Part shown: in pieces, positions 30,061 to 39,966 of the stretch
Position numbering within the stretch: the stretch's first letter is position 1
How the letters are laid out: each line of letters begins with the position of its first letter
Assembly (NCBI GenBank): GCA_964535955.1
Contig: CAZHVK010000001.1
Span: 62,001 to 115,541, forward strand
From: an uncultured Methanosarcinales archaeon
GTDB lineage: Archaea; Nanobdellota; Nanobdellia; Woesearchaeales; CAXGTL01
Length of the DNA: 53,541 nucleotides
Direction: 5' to 3'
The notes under the pieces: generated by a model
What the model saw: only the letters and a program-made list of their open reading frames with translations
The model's database searches: none
What the model was told of the DNA's origin: nothing
Program-made: the position numbers and the translations under genes

Positions 30061-31006
30061 TGCAATAGAAGATATAGTGAAAAAGCAAGAACTAAAAAAA
30101 GTTCTAAAATATAAGAAAAAGAGAGGAAATCCAAAGGATAAAATCAATATGGAAAATAAAAAGCATGTACTAGAATACAAAATAGGTATAATGCAGGGAA
30201 GAGTTCTTCCTGTGTCTGTTGACAGACTGCAAGTATTTCCTGATGAATGGAGTAATGAACTATTAGCAATAAAAAAGATTGGTTTTGATTATGTGGAATT
30301 ATTAGATGATAAAAAGTGTGAGTTTAGAAAACTGCTGATCAAAGATAAGAATAAATTGTTCAATGAAATCAATGAGTCAGGAGTTGGATGTGTTTCAGTA
30401 TGCATGGACAGGTTGTGTGATTTTTCTTTATTAAATGATGAATATAATTTTCTGAATGAACTAAAATGGCTTGTTGAAAATATGTTTGATAAAAAGGTTA
30501 AGTTTGTTATTCCTTTTTTTGATAATAATAAGATCAAGAATGAATTTGAACTGTATTCTTGTTTAGTAAAGCTGGCAAGGTATGATAAGTTTTTATTTGA
30601 CAAAGGACTTTATTTTTCACTAGAGATTGACCTTCCAGCAGAGATTGTGTATCAAGCATTAAGAGGATTTTCTTTTAGAAATATTGGTTTTTGTTATGAT
30701 CTTGGGAATAATATTGGACATGGTCGTGATCTTTATGCTGAGATCAAGTTATTAGGCAAGTATATTAATCATGTGCATATAAAAGACAAGGTTGAGGGTG
30801 TAAACTCAAGGATACGACAGAAGAATCCTATGATGCAATCTGCATTCAAAGCTTTGGATGAAATTTCTTATGAAGGTGCTATGATCATGGAAACTTGTAT
30901 CAAACCATACCCATTAAAAGAAGCAAGAAAGAATTTGGGAACTGTTAAGAAATATTTAAAAAACAATAGCGACAGTTTCATTGGTATTAAGGGGGATAAA
31001 AAATGA
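30047..31006 (+). CDS. Sugar-phosphate isomerase/epimerase (xylose isomerase-like TIM barrel)
   Basis: IGIMQGR, YDLGN, HVHIKDK and MET motifs. Confidence 0.8.
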   Translation: MGIDDAIEDIVKKQELKKVLKYKKKRGNPKDKINMENKKHVLEYKIGIMQGRVLPVSVDRLQVFPDEWSNELLAIKKIGFDYVELLDDKKCEFRKLLIKDKNKLFNEINESGVGCVSVCMDRLCDFSLLNDEYNFLNELKWLVENMFDKKVKFVIPFFDNNKIKNEFELYSCLVKLARYDKFLFDKGLYFSLEIDLPAEIVYQALRGFSFRNIGFCYDLGNNIGHGRDLYAEIKLLGKYINHVHIKDKVEGVNSRIRQKNPMMQSAFKALDEISYEGAMIMETCIKPYPLKEARKNLGTVKKYLKNNSDSFIGIKGDKK

Positions 31007-32049
31007 AATCATTATTTATTGGATTAGGATCAATAGGACAAAGACATCTACAGAATTTAAAAGAGATAGATGAGAGTATGGAATTGTATGCATTAAGGCA
31101 TGCTGGAAGCAGTAATAAAAATAATGTGATAAAAAATGGCAAGTGTACTGAAGTAAAGAGTTTGGCTGATTACTATGGAATAAAGGTTGTAGAAACTCTG
31201 GAAGATGCAAAAGACATAAAACCTGATATTGTATTTGTGACTAATCCTAGTTCGTGTCATGTGAAAAGTGCTATGGATTTTGCAAAGATAGGTAGTCATT
31301 TGTTTATAGAAAAACCATTATGTGATTCTTTAGAAGGTCTGGATGAACTAGAGAAAATGGTTTGTGATAAAAAACTTGTCACAATGGTTGGTTATCAAAC
31401 AAGATTTAATCCAATGATTGATAAGTTATTAAAAACAGTTGTCAAAAAAAACTTGGATAGTGTAATAAGTGCGAGTTTTGAATGGAATACTTTTTTACCA
31501 TCACACCATAAATATGAAAATTATTCAAAAGGTTATGCTGCTAGAAAAGATCTAGGTGGAGGTGTTGCTTTAGGATTGATACATGAAATTGATCTGATAT
31601 ATCATGTTTTTGGAATGCCTGACAAATTATTAGCAGTAGGTGGAAAACTTAGTGATCTTAAGATGAATGCTGATGATACTTTGATGTGTATAATGAAGTA
31701 TAAAGTTGATTGTGGGTTTTATGAAAAATCAGTGCCTGTATACCTTAACCTTTCATATGCACAGACAAAAGAGACTAGGAATTTTAGGATACAGTTTGTT
31801 GAAAATACTTTGTTAGTGGATATGGATAAAAATCATTATATCTTGTTTGGAAAAAATGATGAAGTTGTTTTTCAATACAAAGGTGATTTTGAAAGAAATG
31901 GGCTGTTTGTGAAAGAACTTACTTATTTTCTGGATTGTGTAAAAACTAAAAAAGATACATCAATAAATGTAAGTGAAGGAAGAAAAAGTCTTGAACTTGC
32001 ATTAAAAATAAAAGAGTCAATGAAAAATGAAAAATGGGTTGGGTGGTGA
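31003..32049 (+). CDS. Gfo/Idh/MocA oxidoreductase
   Basis: GLGSIGQRH, FIEKP, VGYQTRF and GGG...HEID motifs. Confidence 0.92.
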   Translation: MKSLFIGLGSIGQRHLQNLKEIDESMELYALRHAGSSNKNNVIKNGKCTEVKSLADYYGIKVVETLEDAKDIKPDIVFVTNPSSCHVKSAMDFAKIGSHLFIEKPLCDSLEGLDELEKMVCDKKLVTMVGYQTRFNPMIDKLLKTVVKKNLDSVISASFEWNTFLPSHHKYENYSKGYAARKDLGGGVALGLIHEIDLIYHVFGMPDKLLAVGGKLSDLKMNADDTLMCIMKYKVDCGFYEKSVPVYLNLSYAQTKETRNFRIQFVENTLLVDMDKNHYILFGKNDEVVFQYKGDFERNGLFVKELTYFLDCVKTKKDTSINVSEGRKSLELALKIKESMKNEKWVGW

Positions 32050-32052
32050 AAA

Positions 32053-32898
32053 ATGGAAAAAGATACTTTAGATTATTTTATGTTAGATGGAAAAGTTTGT
32101 GTTATAACAGGTGGTGCTGGATTTTTAGGAGTAAAACATGCAGAAGCTGTTCTTGATGGAAATGGAGTTGCTGTTCTTCTTGATCTTAATCAAAAAAGGA
32201 TTGATCAAGTTGTTTCTGATCTTAAGGAGAAATACAAAATAAAGCATGAGATTAAAGTAGAGGGGTATGAAGTTGATATAACAAATAAAAAAGCTTTAGA
32301 AGATGTTAGAGATAAAATATTAGACAATTATGGAAGCATTGATATCTTGATAAATAATGCTGCTAATAATCCTAAAGTCGAAGAAAAGGATGGAAAAAAT
32401 TGGGCTTATTTTGAAGATTTTCCTGAAAATATATGGGATGATGATCTAAATGTTGGAATCAAAGGTGCTTTTTTTTGCAGCCAAGTGTTTGGTGGAGTAA
32501 TGGCAAGTAAGAAAAAAGGAGTTATACTAAACATATCATCTGATCTTGGAATTATTGGTCCTGATCAAAGGATTTATAGAAAAGCTGGGTTGACTGAAGA
32601 AGAACAGAGTGTTAAACCTGTGACTTATTCTGTTGTTAAACATGCATTATTAGGTTTGACAAAGTATTTAGCAACTTATTGGGCAAAACATGGTATTAGG
32701 GTCAATGCTGTTTGTCCTGGTGGTGTTTATAATAATCAGGATGAAGAATTTTTAGGAAAATTAACTAATCTAATTCCATTAGGTAGGATGGCAAATCATG
32801 ATGAATATAAATCAGCTATCTTATTTCTTGTGTCAGATGCTTCATCTTATATGACTGGAAGTGTTGTTAGTATTGATGGTGGAAGGACGTGCTGGTGA
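32053..32898 (+). CDS. SDR oxidoreductase (PtmA-like)
   Basis: TGGAGFLG, INNAA, YSVVK, RVNAVCPGG and IDGG motifs. Confidence 0.92.
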   Translation: MEKDTLDYFMLDGKVCVITGGAGFLGVKHAEAVLDGNGVAVLLDLNQKRIDQVVSDLKEKYKIKHEIKVEGYEVDITNKKALEDVRDKILDNYGSIDILINNAANNPKVEEKDGKNWAYFEDFPENIWDDDLNVGIKGAFFCSQVFGGVMASKKKGVILNISSDLGIIGPDQRIYRKAGLTEEEQSVKPVTYSVVKHALLGLTKYLATYWAKHGIRVNAVCPGGVYNNQDEEFLGKLTNLIPLGRMANHDEYKSAILFLVSDASSYMTGSVVSIDGGRTCW

Positions 32899-32900
32899 AG

Positions 32901-33086
32901 TGGCACTGCTGAAACCCACCGTTCACCCACTCTATGTGATTATGATGAAAAATAGAGTGCTGTACTGTCTGACGAATTGAACCAGGGTTCACTGGCCAAT
33001 TTGTCAGAAATTTGTTGGTTCACAAATTTCTGATCATGATCATAAATGCCTTGCATTTATGACAGTCTAGGGTTTCACCAGAGCCA
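32901..33086 (-). repeat. Structured intergenic multi-stem element, copy C (contains a nested dumbbell)
   Basis: Terminal inverted repeat TGGCACTGCTGAAACCC / GGGTTTCACCAGAGCCA (2 mismatches). Internal CCGTTCA, CACTCTAT/ATAGAGTG stem and GTTCACTGGCC. Confidence 0.85.
33002..33064. repeat. Double-hairpin (dumbbell) element nested in copy C
   Basis: TGTCAGAAATTTGT tggttc ACAAATTTCTGA TCATGA TCATAAATGC ctt GCATTTATGACA. Confidence 0.85.
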
Positions 33087-33112
33087 GTAAAATAAACAAA
33101 GAGGTGGTTGAA

Positions 33113-33694
33113 ATGAAGGAAAAAATTAATTCTGCAATTAACCAGAGTATGGAATGTAAAAAATATGTTCAAGGAAATCTTGTTCCTGAAATTGAACAGG
33201 CAATTAATATATTGTTATATTGTTATAGAAATAATAAAAAGTTATTAATATGTGGTAATGGTGGTTCTGCTGCAGATGCACAGCATATGGTTGGTGAATT
33301 AGTTGGTAAGTTTAAGATGGAAAGAAAACCTCTTGCTTGTGTTGGATTGACTACAAATACTTCGATTTTGACTGCTTGGAGCAATGATTATAGTTATGAT
33401 ACTGTCTTTGAAAGACAAGTACAAGCATTAGGTCAAAAAGAAGATGTTTTGCTTGGTATAAGCACAAGTGGTAATTCTGAAAATGTGATAAAAGCAATTG
33501 AATCTGCAAAACAAATTGGTATGAAAACAATAACATTGCTTGGTAAAGATGGTGGCAGGATGAAAGATATGGGTGATCTAAATATCATAGTTGGATCAAA
33601 TGATACACCAAGAATACAAGAAGCACATATTATGATAATACATATAATCTGTGAGATTCTAGAATCAGAACTATTTGGTAGTGTATGTGAATAA
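33113..33694 (+). CDS. gmhA: Phosphoheptose (sedoheptulose-7-phosphate) isomerase, SIS domain
   Basis: CGNGGSAADAQH, TAWSND, ISTSGNS and RIQEAH motifs. GAGGTG RBS. Confidence 0.92.
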   Translation: MKEKINSAINQSMECKKYVQGNLVPEIEQAINILLYCYRNNKKLLICGNGGSAADAQHMVGELVGKFKMERKPLACVGLTTNTSILTAWSNDYSYDTVFERQVQALGQKEDVLLGISTSGNSENVIKAIESAKQIGMKTITLLGKDGGRMKDMGDLNIIVGSNDTPRIQEAHIMIIHIICEILESELFGSVCE

Positions 33695-33760
33695 AGTTTG
33701 AAACATTATAATTGAGAATATAAATCTATTTAATTGGAATAAGAATTTGCAGTATTAAAT

Positions 33761-35710
33761 ATGAAAAAGATTGTATATTTTATAGATACTTATAAACCAA
33801 AGATTCCTACTAGATATTCTTATTTTTATGACCAGTTCATGTCAAAATTAAATAAATCAAATCTTAAAAAACAGTTGAAACTTATCAAAAGATTACAAAG
33901 AAATAAAAAGTATGATGTGGTTGTGTATGGTCTTGATAATGAAGCTGAATGTTTTTTGTCTAAACATTTGAATGTAGCTGAGTTTAAAAAAGGGTCAGGT
34001 GTCTTAAAAAAGACTAAGTATTCTAGAAAAAAATCACTTGAATTAATAAGAAAGATGGTGATAAATGATAATGGGTTGAGTATATTATTGAATTACAAAT
34101 CATGTTCTTTATTAGATCTTAATGAACAAGATATATGGGATGGATATGCTGATGAAGTTGTGAAAAATATTGATGTTATTGATCTGGTTATTAAGAATGA
34201 AAAGCCTAATATTGTTTATTCATCATCAGAATGTATAATTTCTGAGATTATTCATGAGATCTGTAGTGTTAAAGATATCAGGTTTAGGAATAATGTTTCT
34301 TTTTTGCTAAAGAAGTGGAAAAATGTATTTAATATGGTTTTGCCTTTGGGATTGTGCCTGTCTAAGCCTCCTTTAAAGGTTGAAGTAAAGGATAAAAGTA
34401 GTAGAGGAAATAAAATCAATCCAAATAAAACCAACACTAATAAAACAAATAAAGTAGGCAAGAAAAAGTTAATATTATTTGCAGAAATATATTATGAAAG
34501 CCAAGTACAAGTGCTTCTTGACTTAGAATCAAAGCTTGATAAAGAGTTTGATCTACTTATAATTGGTTTAAATGATATAGGTGAGGAGATATTTAAGAAA
34601 TATGGGATTAAGTTCAGAAAAATATCAAACTATATATCGCCTACAATCTATAAAAAATATAAAAAAGCTGCTGGATGGAATAAAACAAAGCATGATTGGT
34701 TTAAGAAGTATGCTTTAGGTGGAAAAATAAAATATAAAGATGTAAATATTCTGAAAAATCTTTCTTATGTGTTTAAATATTTGTTTATGAAAAAGTTTCA
34801 AGAAACAATATTGTATATTGAGGTGATGAATAGAATTTTAGATATTGAAAAACCTAATGTTATATTATTGACAGAATATAATAAACGTTTTTGCAGGACA
34901 ATTGCAAGAGTTGCATCAAGATTGAATATTAGGTCTGTGACAATTCAACATGGTATGCTGGCTGATTTGCCACAATTATCACCTATTGTTACTGACAAAT
35001 TTCTTGTATATGGTGATAAATTTAAGAATGTTCTTGTGAAAAATTATGGTGATCCTAAAAAAGTTGTTTTGGTTGGAATGCCTAGGTCTGATGTTATTGT
35101 TTCTAAGAAATATGATAAGAAAAAGATCTTTTCTGATCTAGATATTAGTAATGGAAATAAAGAAGAGAAAAAGAATAAAGTTATATGTTTTCTGTCACAA
35201 CCATTTGACATAGAATATAAAACAAAGCTTCTGAAAATCATTTATAGTGGGTTGAAAAAAATTCGAGAAGAGGAATTAGAGAAAGAAAGTGATATAAATA
35301 TTATTGTAAAACTACATCCACAAGAAGATGGTAAGATCAATAAGAAAATTGCACATGATTGTGGTCTTAAGATTAAGATTGTTAAGGATTATGACTTGTT
35401 GAATATAATTCATTGCTCAGACATTGTGATTGCAATTGCATCAACAACTATATTTGATTCAGTGATTATGAACAAGCCGGTTATATCTGTTAATCCTTCT
35501 GATAAATATATTAAACTAGGATATGTGCCTACTGAAATCGTGCATAATGTGATAAATGAAAAAGAGTTAGTTGATACTATTAATAATATCTATACTGGAA
35601 AAACAAAAGCTAAGGATAAATTAGTTAAAAAGTATATAAAATCTAATTTCTATAAGTTAGATGGGAAAGTTAGTGATAGAATTGTTAAAAGTATTAGAAA
35701 GACAATGTGA
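33761..35710 (+). CDS. GT-B-fold protein (CDP-glycerol glycerophosphotransferase/capsule type); candidate nonulosonate transferase
   Basis: TIQHG, VGMPRSD, VKLHPQE and STTIFDS...NKPVI motifs. Last gene of the neu block. Confidence 0.65.
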   Translation: MKKIVYFIDTYKPKIPTRYSYFYDQFMSKLNKSNLKKQLKLIKRLQRNKKYDVVVYGLDNEAECFLSKHLNVAEFKKGSGVLKKTKYSRKKSLELIRKMVINDNGLSILLNYKSCSLLDLNEQDIWDGYADEVVKNIDVIDLVIKNEKPNIVYSSSECIISEIIHEICSVKDIRFRNNVSFLLKKWKNVFNMVLPLGLCLSKPPLKVEVKDKSSRGNKINPNKTNTNKTNKVGKKKLILFAEIYYESQVQVLLDLESKLDKEFDLLIIGLNDIGEEIFKKYGIKFRKISNYISPTIYKKYKKAAGWNKTKHDWFKKYALGGKIKYKDVNILKNLSYVFKYLFMKKFQETILYIEVMNRILDIEKPNVILLTEYNKRFCRTIARVASRLNIRSVTIQHGMLADLPQLSPIVTDKFLVYGDKFKNVLVKNYGDPKKVVLVGMPRSDVIVSKKYDKKKIFSDLDISNGNKEEKKNKVICFLSQPFDIEYKTKLLKIIYSGLKKIREEELEKESDINIIVKLHPQEDGKINKKIAHDCGLKIKIVKDYDLLNIIHCSDIVIAIASTTIFDSVIMNKPVISVNPSDKYIKLGYVPTEIVHNVINEKELVDTINNIYTGKTKAKDKLVKKYIKSNFYKLDGKVSDRIVKSIRKTM

Positions 35711-35727
35711 AAGAAAGACAATGTGAA
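35696..35727. repeat. Perfect 16-bp tandem duplication between convergent genes
   Basis: AGAAAGACAATGTGAA twice. Confidence 0.85.
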
Positions 35728-37179
35728 TTATCTCTTTTTATAAATACTCAAAAAAAATCTGATTTCTTGCCTGCTTATTGCTCTTAAAAGAATTAAAATA
35801 ATAAAATAAACTGCTGCACCTACCAATATCTGGCTTATTAAATAAAAAATGTTTATGCTTGTTGAGAAAAAGAAAAGTATGATTCCCATGATGATTGCTG
35901 CCACCATAAATTTTATGATTGAGGCTGGCATAAAGTCAAATTTGTATTCTTTATGTGTATAAACTAAGCTTAATATTGTGAACATTAGGAAAGTTATCAA
36001 AGTTGAGATTGCAGCTCCGATTATTCCAAAATAATAAACAAATATGATATTTAGAATAATATTTGTTATTGCTGATATTAAGGTTATGCGGTTTATGAAT
36101 CTGGTTTTTTTTAATAATAATAAGATTGTTTGTAATAATGATGCTATACTGTTGAAAATAGTGGCAATTGCAAGAATAATCAATAATAAAGAGGTTGACA
36201 AGAATTCTTTTGTTGAAATGTTTCTGATTATTCCTTCATATAATACAAAAAATCCAATAATGGATGGAATAAACAGCATCATGATATATTTGTAAGAAAA
36301 TTTTGTGAATTCTTTGACTTCTTTTATCTTATGCTCATCCCAAAGTCTTGTGATAGTCGGATATAAGACAAACATTATTATTGAAGTGAAGTTTAATAAA
36401 ATAAATGCTAATGAGTAATGTAATGAATAAACACCTATTTCTTTTGCACCATAAAAAAACCCTATTACATATTGGTCACTGACCCTTATAATCCAATGGT
36501 AAAAAGGAAGGAGTATTAATGGAAAACCATATGAGATGTATGGCTTGATCCTGTCTAAACTTGGTGAATGCCAGCCTACTTTTGTCTTTACAACAGACAA
36601 GCCAATAAACATTAATAATGCTTTTATAATAATGCTTATGATAAAGATCCATGTTAATCCAAAACTGTTTGAAAGCAAATACCAAAAAGAAAATAATTCG
36701 ATTCCTGCATATACAATATAAAGGTAAGCATATGTTTTAAACATTCTTAATGTTTTATAAAATACAACTAATATTGCATTCAATGTTTCAAGGATTATTA
36801 AAGAACATGCTATCTTGATGAATATTGAATAATCCAGGTTCTTTAGAATAAAGAATGCTATTGTGTCTGAAAGAAAAAAACATATAATTGAAAATAATAA
36901 GCTAGATAAAAAAAGTAGTGTAAAAATCATGAAAAAGTCTTTGCTGATCTTTTGTTTGTTTTTTTCAGATGATAAAAATCTTGTTATTGTCGGGCCCATG
37001 CCGAGTGTTGCAATTGCTGTCAATAATAAAACAGTATTGATTGTGTTTGCCCAGACTCCATAGTATTCTGGTCCTAGGTTTTTTGTTAATAAAGGTAATA
37101 ATAAGAACCTTTGGAGTCCTAAGATTATTGTAACAATCGCAATATATACTATGTTTTTCATGAATTTTTCTTTGTTCAT
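35728..37179 (-). CDS. Oligosaccharide flippase (Wzx/MOP family)
   Basis: About 12-14 TM segments. LGPEYYG, DQYVIGFF...IGVYS and GIIGAAIST motifs. Confidence 0.92.
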   Translation of the reverse strand: MNKEKFMKNIVYIAIVTIILGLQRFLLLPLLTKNLGPEYYGVWANTINTVLLLTAIATLGMGPTITRFLSSEKNKQKISKDFFMIFTLLFLSSLLFSIICFFLSDTIAFFILKNLDYSIFIKIACSLIILETLNAILVVFYKTLRMFKTYAYLYIVYAGIELFSFWYLLSNSFGLTWIFIISIIIKALLMFIGLSVVKTKVGWHSPSLDRIKPYISYGFPLILLPFYHWIIRVSDQYVIGFFYGAKEIGVYSLHYSLAFILLNFTSIIMFVLYPTITRLWDEHKIKEVKEFTKFSYKYIMMLFIPSIIGFFVLYEGIIRNISTKEFLSTSLLLIILAIATIFNSIASLLQTILLLLKKTRFINRITLISAITNIILNIIFVYYFGIIGAAISTLITFLMFTILSLVYTHKEYKFDFMPASIIKFMVAAIIMGIILFFFSTSINIFYLISQILVGAAVYFIILILLRAISRQEIRFFLSIYKKR

Positions 37180-37268
37180 TGTGTTTGTGGTTGTGTGTTC
37201 TGTTTATAAAGTTAATTGTGTTTATTACTATATAAAAAGTAAGGTTTTTAAAGAACATATAGGTTCCT

Positions 37269-38708
37269 ATGTACATGAATTCAATGAAAGAGAATATAAG
37301 AAAAGAACTTATTGAAAAAAGAAAGCAGCTAACAGATCAGTTTGTTAATAATATTTCTAAAATTATTATGGGTAAAGTATTAAAGAAATTAGAATCTTTG
37401 GAAATTGGTGGAAAAGAGAAGTGTGAAAACATTGGTTTGTATTTTGCAAAGGATAATGAAGTTTTGACTAAATATTTAATTTTAGAGATTTTAAATCTTG
37501 GTAAAAGAGTATTTTTACCAAAGATGTCTGAAGACCATATTGAGTTTAGAGAAATTAAGAGTTTAGATGACTTAGAAACAGGAAGTTTTGATATACTAGA
37601 GCCTAATATAGATTGTCGAATAATAAATCCTAATGAAATTGATTTGTTGATAATACCATGTGTTGGTGTTGATAAACATGGAAATAGGATTGGTAGAGGT
37701 AAGGGTTGTTATGATAAGTTTCTTTCAGATTTTGGAGGAATGGTTGTTTGTCTGGCTTATGATTTTCAAGTTGTTGATAGAATAAAAACTGATGAATTTG
37801 ATAAAAGTGTTGATTTTGTTGTTACAGAGAAGAGTGTGGTTAATTGTATTATGTCTAAGATTATAGATGGTAAAGGGATTGCAAATGAAATATTAGATGA
37901 ACTGAGGAAACAAGTAGAAGGTATGGGAATAAAAGCAAAGCTTTGTGTTATACTTGTTGGAAATAATCCTGGTTCTGAAGCTTATGTTAAGAATAAACAA
38001 AAAAAATGTAAATTTGTTGGTATTGATTTTGAATTGATAAGGTTTAGTGATAATGTGAGTGAAGATAATTTTGTTTCTAAGATAAAAGAATTAAATAATG
38101 ATTCATCTGTGACAGGAATATTAGTTCAATTACCTTTGCCAAAACATATTAATGTTGATAATCTTATTAATTCCATTGATCCTGATAAAGATGTTGATGG
38201 GTTGACAAAGGTTAATATGGAAAAACTTGCACAAGGTGATGAAACATTAGCATGTGCTACACCAAAAGGTATAATAAGATTATTGGATAAGAATGAAGTT
38301 AGTTTAGGTGATAAAAAAATAGTGGTTGTAGGATATGGAAGATTGGTTGGAAAACCTTTGACATTAATGCTTAAGAATAGAGGTTTTGAGTTTGAGGTTT
38401 GTGATGAGTTTACAAAAGATATTAAAGATAAGACAAAACAAGCACATGTATTGATAACCGGTACTGGTGTTCCTCATTTGATAAAAAAAGATTATCTGAA
38501 ACAGGGAGTTATTGTTATTGATGCAGGAATATCAAAGCTTGGTAATAAAATTGTTGGTGATGTTGATTTTGAGAATGTTAAACAAAAAGTAGAATTGATT
38601 ACACCTGTTCCTGGTGGTGTAGGGCCAATGACAGTTGCTATGCTTATTGAAAATGTTATAAATGCTGTGAGTAAAGATAGTAAAATAATTGGTGGAAAAA
38701 ATGGATAA
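37269..38708 (+). CDS. folD: Fusion of 5-formyl-THF cyclo-ligase and FolD (methylene-THF dehydrogenase/cyclohydrolase)
   Basis: N-terminal half has GNRIGRGKGCYD. C-terminal half has IIDGK, GILVQLPLP, KDVDG and TPVPGGVGPMT. Single ORF. Confidence 0.9.
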   Translation: MYMNSMKENIRKELIEKRKQLTDQFVNNISKIIMGKVLKKLESLEIGGKEKCENIGLYFAKDNEVLTKYLILEILNLGKRVFLPKMSEDHIEFREIKSLDDLETGSFDILEPNIDCRIINPNEIDLLIIPCVGVDKHGNRIGRGKGCYDKFLSDFGGMVVCLAYDFQVVDRIKTDEFDKSVDFVVTEKSVVNCIMSKIIDGKGIANEILDELRKQVEGMGIKAKLCVILVGNNPGSEAYVKNKQKKCKFVGIDFELIRFSDNVSEDNFVSKIKELNNDSSVTGILVQLPLPKHINVDNLINSIDPDKDVDGLTKVNMEKLAQGDETLACATPKGIIRLLDKNEVSLGDKKIVVVGYGRLVGKPLTLMLKNRGFEFEVCDEFTKDIKDKTKQAHVLITGTGVPHLIKKDYLKQGVIVIDAGISKLGNKIVGDVDFENVKQKVELITPVPGGVGPMTVAMLIENVINAVSKDSKIIGGKNG

Positions 38709-39954
38709 TCAAGAGAATAGTGATAAGATGAATAATAATATAAGTAATGAAAAAGTGTTCGAGCTTATAGAAAAAGAACAAAATAGATTGCAGACTGGAT
38801 TAGAACTGATTCCATCTGAGAATTATGTTAGTAAAGAAGTTTTAAAAGCATTGGGTTCTGTGCTGACAAATAAATATTCTGAAGGTTATCCTGGAAAAAG
38901 GTATTATGGTGGGAATGAATTTATTGATCAAATTGAAAATCTTGCTGTGCATCGTGCAAAGCAATTGTTTGGTGCAGAACATGTCAATGTTCAACCTTAT
39001 TCTGGTTCACCTGCAAATCTTGAAGTGTATTTTGCTTTTTTAGAAATTGGTGATAAGGTAATGGGTATGAAACTTGATCATGGAGGACATTTGACTCATG
39101 GGCATAAAGTTAGTTTTTCTGGGAAAAATTATGACTTTGTTCAATATGGTGTTAGGAAAGAAGATGAATTACTTGATTATGATGAAATAAGGCAACTTGC
39201 TATAAAAGAAAAGCCTAAATTAATTGTATCGGGATGTACTGCTTATCCTAGAATTATTGATTTTAAAAAGATTCAAGAGATTGCAGAGGAGGTAGGAGCG
39301 ATTCATATGGCTGATATTTCTCATATTTCTGGATTGATTGTTGGTGGTGTTCATAATTCTCCTTTTCCTTTTACAGATGTTGTAACAACTACTACACATA
39401 AAACTTTGCGAGGTCCAAGAGGGGCAATGATTATGTGTAAAGAAAAGTTTGCTAAACAGATTGATAGGGCTGTGTTTCCTGGTATGCAAGGAGGACCACA
39501 TAATCATGCAACAGCTGCAATTGCAGTTGCACTTGGTGAAGCTTTAAAACCTGATTTTAAGGTTTATGTAGAACAAATTGTAAAAAATGCAAAAGCATTG
39601 GCTAATGAATTAATTAATCAAGGACTGAGACTTGTTACAGGTGGAACAGATAATCATCTTATATTGATTGATTTGACTGGTGTTTGTACTGGTAAGCAGG
39701 CTGAAACTGCTCTTGATGAAGTAGGAATAACTGTTAATAAAAATACAATTCCTTTTGATAAAAGATCTCCTTTTGATCCTAGTGGTATAAGAATTGGAAC
39801 ACCTGCGATTAGTACTAGAGGTATGAAAGAAGAAGAGATGAAATTAATAGGTGGGATGATTGCAAAGGTTGTTAGAAATCATGAAGATTTAGTTATTAAG
39901 GAGAAAGTTAAACAAGATGTTCTTGATTTGTGTAAAAGGTTTCCATTGGGTTGA
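38701..39954 (+). CDS. glyA: Serine hydroxymethyltransferase
   Basis: LIPSENY, YSEGYPGKRYYGG, GGHLTHG and TTTHKTLRGPRG motifs. Confidence 0.97.
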   Translation: MDNQENSDKMNNNISNEKVFELIEKEQNRLQTGLELIPSENYVSKEVLKALGSVLTNKYSEGYPGKRYYGGNEFIDQIENLAVHRAKQLFGAEHVNVQPYSGSPANLEVYFAFLEIGDKVMGMKLDHGGHLTHGHKVSFSGKNYDFVQYGVRKEDELLDYDEIRQLAIKEKPKLIVSGCTAYPRIIDFKKIQEIAEEVGAIHMADISHISGLIVGGVHNSPFPFTDVVTTTTHKTLRGPRGAMIMCKEKFAKQIDRAVFPGMQGGPHNHATAAIAVALGEALKPDFKVYVEQIVKNAKALANELINQGLRLVTGGTDNHLILIDLTGVCTGKQAETALDEVGITVNKNTIPFDKRSPFDPSGIRIGTPAISTRGMKEEEMKLIGGMIAKVVRNHEDLVIKEKVKQDVLDLCKRFPLG

Positions 39955-39966
39955 GTTGGTAGAAAT

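Noticed and set aside
33761..35710. Calling this gene neuC (UDP-GlcNAc 2-epimerase)
   Set aside because: It shares only generic GT-B C-terminal motifs, lacks the N-terminal GTRxD/E-type epimerase signature and is far longer than NeuC.
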